Assembly (NCBI GenBank): GCA_023213395.1
Contig: CM041465.1
Coordinates: 192,269,741-192,333,740 of the forward strand
From: Cycas panzhihuaensis
Taxonomy: Eukaryota > Plantae > Cycadophyta
Length of the DNA: 64,000 nt
Direction: 5' to 3'
Shown: positions 60,974 through 64,000 of the stretch, piece after piece
Layout of the letters: each line of letters opens with the position of its first letter
Numbering within the stretch: the first letter of the stretch is position 1
Program-made: the position numbers and the translations under genes
Notes under the pieces: generated by a model
Told to the model about the DNA's origin: nothing
The model's input: the letters and a program-made list of their open reading frames with translations, nothing else
The model's database searches: none

Positions 60974-63900
60974 TGTTACCCACTAAAGGGTACATACCAA
61001 TGTTTTTGACCAAAGCTTATTTTGTTTGCCATTTTCACTTGGTGACAACCTCTACAATACAAAGATAATCCAAGTGAGAATAAGAACCATAATATGTTCT
61101 TTTCTGTAATGAGATGTAGTCAAATGAGCTTGTAATTTTGAACCAAAACCTTGTTGTATGGTAGGCGGAAACTTGAAAGTGGACCCTTCAAAAGACTAAA
61201 AAGTTCAAGGAAGAAGGAAAGGCAGAAAAGTCTTATGCCTTAGAAATTTTGGTGGAGTTATTCATCTGCATCCCACATCCCACAGAACATAGGTTGTAAA
61301 CTAAATAGGAACACTACAAACACAAGATGCAAGCTTTGGGGAAAGACAACACAGTTGGGTGATTCTGACTATTGGATCAGGGTGGCTAAAAGTATCCCAA
61401 TCGTTCATTATAAAGAGACTATGAAGAGAAATGAATCGATGAACGACTCCCAACTGTTAAATCAAAGTGCTCAATTTGATCCTTGCCGTTGGGATAAAGC
61501 AGAAGGAAGAAGTTTTCCAAGCTAGCACTTAGAAAATTTTTAGGAAAGTTTTCTCGCATCCCGCGTCCCACAAGGGAAGCTTACAAAGTGATACGAGTCC
61601 TACCTAAGGTGTGAGTATGGGTCTTAGTGAACGAACATTCCCACATCCCGTGACTGAAAGAATGGAGTGCTATGTCTCAACACATGTATAGGGGTGCGAG
61701 TGGGGTCTCACCATGACAAGGTAGATTTCCATTAATTTGGGGTTGATTTTCATTAATTCTTCCACTAAACTTATTGATTATCCTACTAAGCCTTCATTTA
61801 TTTCTTCAATCATGTGAATTTAATTCACACACCTCCCTCCTTTCTCATCGATCCATCGATCATCTCATTATCACACATAGTGGGCCTAGGAGATTTTTGG
61901 AGTTCCCAAAAGCGATCAATTTCTATTTATAGCCAAGCATTGCTGAGAAGATTACCTAAAAAAGGGAGTATTCTTACCAGATGCACTACTCCTTGTGTTT
62001 AAAGATTTGTGTCTTAACCATGCTTCCTCATCTCTTTTGATAGGCCAACTTGATGTTTGAGAAAAAAGACTAAAATCCCACAAGCCCAAATGATCACTAG
62101 TGCACATGATTGTTTGAAATTGGACTTGTCTGCTACATATCATGATAATAGCTTAGCCATGAGAAGACTAAGAAGTTGTGGCCTTTTTCAAGCAGGTTGC
62201 ACAAGTGAAGCAATGCCTACTATCTATATCATCAAGGTGCGTGATGCTCGGTTTGACAAAGATAAGAAGGGAATCCTCAATGGGGGAAACAAATCCTTTT
62301 GCATTCTTACACTACTGCACTCTCAAAGTATTTTGACATTGCTGAAATCTACTAAGACATTGTCTCCCAATGAAATTCTCTATGCCTCAAAGAAAGACAA
62401 CTCTTGAAACAAGAGGGTTGATCAACATTATGCATATCTCTTTGAGGGAAAAGGAAACCTAAAAGAAAAGAAATTTAAGGAAAAGGAGGTGAAAGTTCAC
62501 CATCAAAGATTAAAAGAAAAAGGAGACAAGAAATAGGGGACATGGGGTTTACATAGATATGTTTGAAAGGCCTATTGAGCATCAAGAACTACAAGGTGAA
62601 GGCAAAGGAAGGTAGAGCAAGAAGTCTGAGCTAGAGAAAAGCTCTAATTACTTTGGATGATCCTGACAAAGAGGTTGCTTGGCCAAAATTGTTGCCCTGT
62701 TCCTCAAAGCTAAGGCAACTCTAAAGAGTTGCGTGACAAAACGAAGGAAATCAATCCCAAACAAGGGTTGATTCCTTTTGGGAGATTGCCATCAGATTCC
62801 ATATGAGAAAGATATAGACCCACCTGATCAATTCAAAAATCTACACATTCTTGATCAAATCTGAATCATTACAAGATTTCAAAGATGACCTGAACAAACT
62901 AAAGCAAGTGGCTACTAGTGCTGGAGACAATGCTTGAGCGATTAAGTCAGTTGCACAGTTGGCATAACCATCCATCATCAATCTAGTACGAAGGAAGAAG
63001 GCTTATTCTAGATCAAGGGTTCAACTCAATGAATTTCAACTAGCTTCTTTTGTTCTTTTCTTGCTTTTATCTAAAACTAATCTTCTTCTGTATGGTGAAT
63101 TATAGAAAGGCCATTCCTGGGCTTGTTTTGTCTTCCTTTGTAAAGGTTTGGTTCTTTCAACATTATAGGGTTTTCTTTCAAGTCTCTGTAAAAGTTCGAG
63201 ATATCAATTAATGATGGTTGGTTATAACTGCTCTCCTAATTTGTACATTTTGAACTTATCAATGAGATAAAATTTCATTTGGCTAGTTATATTTGTTGAA
63301 CGAGTGAACATTTTTTGATCTTGCAATGGCTTTTTCGATGCATTGTTTTTCTCTTTTATTCTGTTAGATTATTTTTTTGCACAATGGCTATTTATATATT
63401 TTTTCACTCTGAATATTATCCTACTATCCTATGATAGTTTCTATTCCTGCTTTCATGTAATGATCACTTAGAAAGGCAATATTCTTCCATTTACATCTTG
63501 CACTCCCCTTTGTACATTTGAGTAGTTGTCTAGGACTTTTGTGTGTTGGCAACAAAATAGCTTGCAGACCAATCCCTTCCTACTCTATCCTATCCACTAG
63601 AAGGAGCACAAAAAATTCAGTCAACAATTTTGCTGACCATGTTTGGGAGGCATTCTTTCCATTTTTTCGCCTTCTCTTTTCATTCTTTATTCTCATTTTC
63701 TATCTTTTGCACCTGCATAGTGTACTTTGCTTTCTTCAACTTGAATTCTAAAAATCCACACTCACTAGGATAAGGCTAAGGGCATTGAAAAGGAACTTCC
63801 TTACTCTCCTCTTAATAGAAAGCCTAGAGGCTTAGCTACCCGTCCTACCCAGACTCTTGAACACAAATTTGAGAAAAAATAGACTCCACGATCTACCCAA

Positions 63901-64000
63901 GGAAAACATTTCATTTATCATGATAGTGATTCTAACCAAGATTCATCTATTGACATGGCTAACCAAAATGTTGGTAGGAATCGTCAGCTACGAGGTGATG
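60974..64000 (+). mobile_element. Probable Gypsy-like (Tat/Ogre-type) element portion: decayed extra ORF (~62050-62950) and possible gag start at ~63955
   Basis: Abrupt switch from K at TGTTACCC; broken K/E-rich ORF; T-rich non-coding tract; MANQNVGRNRQ.. runs off the window end. Assignment is inference. Confidence 0.4.

Noticed and set aside
61268-61652. TCCCACATC resembling the snRNA USE element
   Set aside because: No correctly spaced TATA or recognisable snRNA; the motif is common in plant LTR elements

Overview
AT-rich plant (probably gymnosperm-like; inferred) intergenic DNA made almost entirely of decayed, nested retrotransposons; no intact host protein-coding gene, rRNA, tRNA or CRISPR is evident. 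Left to right: a LINE RT remnant; Copia A (1923-7191, -); Copia B (10470-15436, +; gag inverted relative to pol); a CpG-rich non-TE island (~15.9-16.9 kb); a chromovirus-like Gypsy 3' end; a four-level nest (Gypsy pol > non-autonomous element E 21905-44305 > Copia C 23919-38032 and Copia D 38076-44122 > non-autonomous F 26246-30499 and G 31467-36167, both inside C); truncated Copia H; non-autonomous I; Gypsy K interrupted by Copia J; and part of another Gypsy-like element. Main observation: the 5' leaders (between PBS and gag) of at least six LTR elements from several families (B, D, E, F, G, I) appear to carry mosaics of host-gene fragments oriented ANTISENSE to the element. The youngest element, G, holds clear 2OG-dioxygenase and legume-lectin pieces plus kinase-, LRR- and PPR-like snippets; the others hold ~15-30 nt PPR/LRR-like snippets recognised by eye. 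Element letters are my own labels and all homology calls are by-eye motif recognition, not database results.
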